A stretch of 64,000 nucleotides of DNA from assembly GCA_951406725.2 (NCBI GenBank), contig OX597837.1:186001-250000 (forward strand). The letters are read 5' to 3'. Positions within the stretch are counted from its first letter, which is position 1. Each line of letters begins with the position of its first letter. The notes beneath the pieces are model-generated. The model did no database searches. It was given only the letters and a program-made list of their open reading frames with translations, and was not told the DNA's origin. The position numbers and the translations under genes were made by a program. Shown piece by piece: positions 58,770-64,000 of the stretch. This DNA is from Octopus vulgaris (Eukaryota).

Positions 58770-60977
58770 GGATGGCCACCACAGACACCAACACCAACAC
58801 ACACACCACAAAAATATTTCTACTGAACGTAGGAGGGCTGCTGCGCGGAAACTGTAAAAGGAAAATCTCATTCCTGAGAGACCTTGTGACATGCAATCAA
58901 GCTATATGCATGGCACTCACAGAAACGCATCTTGAACCCGATATAGGTGATGCAGAAATACACATGCCGCAATATGCAGTCATACGCACATATAGAAAAG
59001 AGAGGAGCCATGGTGGAGTTGCAATGTACATCCGAGATGACCTCACGCCCCAGGTCCTGTTGTCATATTCAAACTCAGTGTGTGAAACTCAAATTGTACA
59101 CATAAGACAACTGAATATCGTCATATGCACTACATATTGCCCACCAGATGCCCCAAATCACTCAGGCATGTTTGAAGACTGTCTAACAGTCCTCACCAAC
59201 TTGAACAACACAACAGTGTATTCTTCATGGGTGACTTTAACCTCCCCAATGTGGAATGACCTGTGGGGCAGATGCTCCCAGGGATGACACACCATCAGCA
59301 GGCACAGGCAGAGTCCCTGCTCCATCTCACAAATGCCTCTTTCATGGAGCAAATAGTTCTGCAACCAACAAGAGCAGATAATATACTGGATCTCTGCTTC
59401 ACAAACAATATGGATATTATCCATAATGTTAATGTGATGCCGACAATGATCTCGGATCACAACATAATAGAGCTGTCTATGTATGGAACAAAAGCCCCCG
59501 TATACACACAGCCTATACGAAGCATCCACCATCTCTCCAACTTAAACTTTCATAAAGCCAACTGGAAGTTGATTGAGAAAGAGATCCTCAAACAGGATTG
59601 GCTTGAATGTCTCTCCACACCGGACATAAACATGGAACACAAACACTTCATGTCCATAATACAAGCCATATGTGACAAATATGTCCCAGTGTGCAGGGCC
59701 AGTACACACAAAAACAAAAACAGGATCCCTAGAGAAAGGAAGATTCTTATGAGACGACGGGCAAGGACTGCGAACTGCCTGAGCAAGCACACCAAAAGTG
59801 GTGAGAAGTCTCGGCTCGAGAGAATGCTAATGGAAATTGAGAAAAGTCTACATCAGTCCCATGAAAAGGAGAGAGCAGATAAAGAAGCTTAGGTAATATA
59901 AAATATAAAATCAAACCCTAAAGCTTTCTCTAAGTTTGCCAAAGAGACAGCCACAGTGCACCAGAGAATAGGACCTCTCTTCCAAAAAGATGGCTCTCTC
60001 ACAGGAAATCCCACGAGGATAAGTGAAATACTGAACGAACAATTCCAAAGTGTGTTCACTACACTTCTAGGACACAGGCAAGTAAACAACCCAGAAGAAT
60101 TCTTTGCCACTTTACCTGCGGCCAAAGAGGCAAAAATTGAGTACATCAACATCGAAGATGATGATATCACACTAGCCATAGATAAGTTCCAGGTCCTGCG
60201 CTACTGGCACACAAAGGTAAACGACGTGCAGACTGGATACATTGGCCCAGGAAGAATTGCAATCCCTGAGTCAAAATCAGTGCGTGACCTGGGCATTAAC
60301 ATGAGCAATGATACATCTTTCCAAGTGCATATTGCTAATCTGTTGATAAAATGCAGACGGCTTGCTGGATGGATTCTCCGAACTTTCAAAACAAGAGAGA
60401 AGGAGACACCGATGGTCCTATGGAAAACATTCGTCCTCAGCCGCTTGGACTACTGCTCCCAACTATGGTCACCACACAATATAAAACTAACAGCAGAACT
60501 CGAGCAATTCAGAGAAGCTACACAAAGAAAATCGTCTCAATGCAAAATATCAGCTACTGGGAAAGACTGAAGGTATTAAACCTCTTCTCCCTAGAGCGGA
60601 GGCGGGAGAGATATGCGGTGATATACATCTGGAAAATCCTGGAGGGTCTTGTCCCAAACTTTGGCATTCAAAGTTACTCCAACCACAGAACGGGGCGCCA
60701 CTGCATGGTGCCAAAGATTCCAACATCACCATCAAAATACAGGTCCAGATACTGCAACAGCTTGGGTTTCGAAGGTCCACAGCTCTTTAACATCCTCCCT
60801 AAATGCCTGAGAGATTTACATGGTGTGGATGTGGGTTTCTTTAAAACTAAACTGGATCTCTTCTTGTCAGGAGTCCCAGATGAACCTACCTCACGACAGG
60901 AGACGCAGATGCGGGCAGCAGCGTCGAACTCCCTTGTTGATCAAGTGCCACGTATCAGAGGTGGATTCACATATTAG
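58770..60977 (+). pseudogene. CR1 ORF2 (APE + RT C-terminus), frameshifted, RT catalytic core absent
   Basis: LTETHL, HGGV..YI, GDFN, PTR..NILDLCFTN, SDHN, NPKAF, RDLGI, SRLDYCSQLWSPH, SLERRRERY, VPDEP; no DF.KAFD, GVPQG or ADD motifs. Confidence 0.92.
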
Positions 60978-61049
60978 CGTAGCTCATTCAGCGGTGGTGT
61001 CCCAGCATGGCCGCGGCCTCCGGGCTAAAGCATTTTTAAGGATTTAAGG

Positions 61050-61097
<48 letters not shown>

Positions 61098-61290
61098 TAT
61101 ATATATGCATATATACATACATATATGTACATATTTACATATATATTTAAGTAGTTGAATGAATTATCCTAGTATGGATAATTCGGTTAACCGATACCCG
61201 GGTAGCAAATTTACGTCAGAAAGCACGGTTGAAGCTACATGCCAAGGGCAGAAATCACGTGCTTTCGTGTGGAAATTTGTGTTTTTTTAC

Positions 61291-62624
61291 TATAAATAAA
61301 TGAAAGAATGGAGTCGAACGATGATTTAACAAAATTCCTTTATTCTCGACATATGTTTCGAAGACTGCATATTCTTAATTCCGAAGGAATAAAGGGTGCA
61401 TTATCCCGCCTTCTCATCAGGAAAGACAAGGAACTTATGTCAGCATCATGACGAGCAAAAACTTTTAGATGACTGCCCACACGGAGTCCATAGTGATCAT
61501 GGTTGGAAGCGGAAAGTTATAAGAATAGGAGGGTGACTGAGTGCAAGTCGTATGTATGGTGATGCGTTGTTGTTTGCTTTTGCTAATGAGATTGAGTGCC
61601 TATGTGTGTGTATGTATATAACTGCATTCGTGTCTATGTGTGTGTATGTGTGTGCGTGATTGTGTGTGTGGAGGGGGATAAATGCCAAATACATCTAGTG
61701 GTGAAGTGACAGGTTTGTGTCTGTGTGTTTGATTGTGCTTATGATAGAGAGAGGGAGAGAGAGAGGGGGGAGAGGTAGAGAGACAAAGGTAAAAACATAC
61801 CCCAACGAATTTGGTAGTAGCCCTTCATGAAACGGAGTATAAAAAAATTTGTCTATGGTGGTGTTGTAGAAGTGGAACCAAATTATTAAATTCAAGGAGG
61901 TTATCTATATTAACCATCATTCATATGAGTGGAATATTTCTTTAAGACTGTCAAAATTATCTGCTAATGTCGACATCTTTAACCAGAAAGTGGAATTTTA
62001 TAACGCCGCCTTGTCAAAAGCCGGTTATAAAGATAAAGTATCATATAACGACCCGGCCCATTCTAAACCAATATATGCTTCTCAGGATAAGAAAACTAAT
62101 AACAATAGAAGTAGTGAGAATAATGATTTAAGCTCTAACAACGTCGGCACCACTATACTTAAGAAAAATAATTTACGGACCAGGGGTGGCAATCGGCAAC
62201 CAACCCCAATTTTCCAGCACAGAAATATTCCCTTTAATGTAACTGGCAACACTTTGAACAATTCTAAGTCCACAAAAAACTATATCTGGTTTGTCATACC
62301 TTTCGGAAAACAAATCAAGTCAAATCTTCCTTTGCAGTTCCGTGAAGCCGTAGCTAGGAACTTTCCCAGGAATTCTAGGTATTACTCTACTATCAATTCG
62401 CATAAGGTAAGGATTGCACTCTCTAACACTAGAAATCTATCGCAAATTATTGCCTCCCATAATAACAAGCTGCTAAACAAGGATTCTTCACCCGGGTGTT
62501 ACGGCACTATTCTTACCAATTCCAACCAATTCGGAATTAAGAATATGCAGTCTTCGAAACATATGTCGAGAATAAAGGAATTTTGTTAAATCGTCGTTCG
62601 ACTCCATTCTTTCATTTATTTATA
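61291..62624. mobile_element. Rearranged PLE fragment bounded by ~95-bp inverted repeats
   Basis: Arms 61291-61385 / 62530-62624; internal + strand PLE thumb fragment RLSKLS...FYNAALSKAGY...IWFVIPF...NFP...IIASHNNKLL (61935-62480). Confidence 0.85.
61334..61435 (-). ncRNA. Type I hammerhead ribozyme with an intact core
   Basis: CTGATGA, stem II GAAGGC/GTCTTC with a long insert, GAAAC ATAT GTC, stem I TTTC/GAGA extended by AGTTCCTT/AAGGAATT. Confidence 0.8.
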
Positions 62625-62652
62625 ATACTTACATATATATGTATATACATAT

Positions 62653-62892
62653 GCATATATGGGTACAGGACGTCATAAAACGTAAACAACATGACATTTT
62701 TCGCGAAGGCACATCTTGTGATTTGCTCGAAATGTGAGATAAACAGCCGACAACTGATGAAGGGTCGGTCTTTATATTACTTGTCTTATTTTCCATTTGT
62801 TTCTATAGTTGTTCGCATAAAAAGTTCGTATTCCATGTATTTCTATTTCGTATTTCATGTTGCTTAGGTTTTGTGAAACCCTATATATATGC
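62653..62892. mobile_element. Small element with imperfect inverted ends
   Basis: tcataaaacgtaaacaacatga versus tcatgttgcttaggttttgtga; internal CTGATGAAGG. Confidence 0.45.
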
Positions 62893-62897
62893 AACTA

Positions 62898-63150
62898 TGT
62901 GAAGGCGCATGGCTCAGTGGTTAGAGAGTCGAGCTTGCGATCGTGAGGTTGTGAGTTCGATTACCGGAACGATCTGCGTGTTGTGTTCTTGAGCAAGACA
63001 CTTTATTTCACGTTGCTCCAATTAACTCAGCTGTAGAAATGATTTGCGATATTACTGGTGCCAAGCAGTATTGACTTTTGCCTTTGGATAACATCAGTGG
63101 TGTGGAGAGGGGAGGCTGGCAATCATGGGAGATTGCTGGCCTTCCACAAA
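62898..63150 (+). mobile_element. tRNA-derived SINE family B, 3' part missing
   Basis: Collinear with 43103-43360. Confidence 0.85.
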
Positions 63151-63179
63151 CATACATACATACGTACATACATAATGTA

Positions 63180-63219
<40 letters not shown>

Positions 63220-63289
63220 TACATCTACATACGTGTGTGTGTGTGTGTGTGCGTGTTAAAGCTGCTCGAGATAGATAACTCTGAATTAG

Positions 63290-63352
<63 letters not shown>

Positions 63353-63356
<4 letters not shown>

Positions 63357-63920
63357 ACTTATAAATAAGGACAAGCGAAAAAATTTCTACTACCAAATAT
63401 GCCGAAATTGGACATATTGTCCATAACCATATAATTTTTCACAATACGCATGCTACTCGAAAAAAGGTCGACAGAAATTTCTAAAAAACTCCATTATTAC
63501 CATATCGGACCGATTTCAGGGTTAGTTCATAAGAACCCGCTCTTCGTCAGTGATAAATGTGGCAAAGAAATAAATGAAATACTTACTCATACCCATGGAA
63601 GAAGCAAACACTAAGTCACGAGCACAATTAAGTACCCCAAATACATCCAAAATAGAAATACTCCAGGCCATTCAAGACACGTACGATTTGAACTGAGGCT
63701 CACACAGAGTGAGAGAGTCCGGAAGTGAACACTATGAAATTTATATTTAATGTAGGATCGGTCCGATATGGTAATAATGGAATTTTTTAGAAATTTCTGT
63801 CGATTTTTTTTCGAATAGCGTGCGTATTGTGAAAAATTATATGGTTATGGGCAATATGTCCAATTTCGGCATATTTGGCTTTAGAAATTTTGTCGTTTGC
63901 CCTTTATAAATTTATAAGTT
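63353..63920. mobile_element. Fold-back element with ~160-bp inverted arms and a hammerhead
   Basis: Arms 63353-63513 / 63757-63920. Confidence 0.85.
63498..63558 (-). ncRNA. Minimal type I hammerhead (slightly decayed)
   Basis: TATCA CTGACGA AGAG..GGTTC TTAT GAACT..CCCT GAAAT CG GTC CGATA. Confidence 0.65.
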
Positions 63921-64000
63921 ATTGATAAATTTAACCTTTAAAGGTATTTTTTAATATGCTGGCCATTGATAAGATTGCTTTTTTTTCAAAAATGTTTATC

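Larger units (their letters stand above)
56075..61053 (+). mobile_element. CR1-type LINE, probably full-length ends, with an internal deletion of the RT core
   Basis: Putative 5' end CAAGATGGCGCC (boundary uncertain), ORF1, APE, fused ORF2 C-terminus, tail TTTAAGGA x2 then (TA)n. Confidence 0.8.

Overview
This is an AT-rich, microsatellite-saturated eukaryotic intergenic or intronic window. The repeat landscape suggests a cephalopod such as Octopus (inference). I found no convincing host gene, and nearly all short ORFs in the track are translations of simple repeats. The real content is mobile DNA: two CR1-type LINEs (one frameshifted, one apparently full-length but missing its RT core), three Penelope-like element (PLE) copies with RT and/or GIY-YIG sequence, and a 5'-truncated Tx1/L1 LINE sitting inside a (TATC)n tract. 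There is also an ORF1-only (RRM-like + CCHC) Tx1/L1-like element inserted into the tRNA head of a SINE, two non-autonomous Helitrons, Tc1/mariner relics and at least three tRNA-derived SINE families. The most interesting layer is ribozyme-like RNA structure. About seven minimal type I hammerhead motifs occur in short non-coding fold-back or inverted-repeat elements and PLE termini. They include a ~362-nt retrozyme-like monomer with a compensatory U3-A8 core (47239-47970). An HDV/CPEB3-like fold heads a ~450-nt polyadenylated RTE-5'UTR-like element fused head-to-head to a CR1 LINE. All structures were read by eye; no database search or folding program was run.
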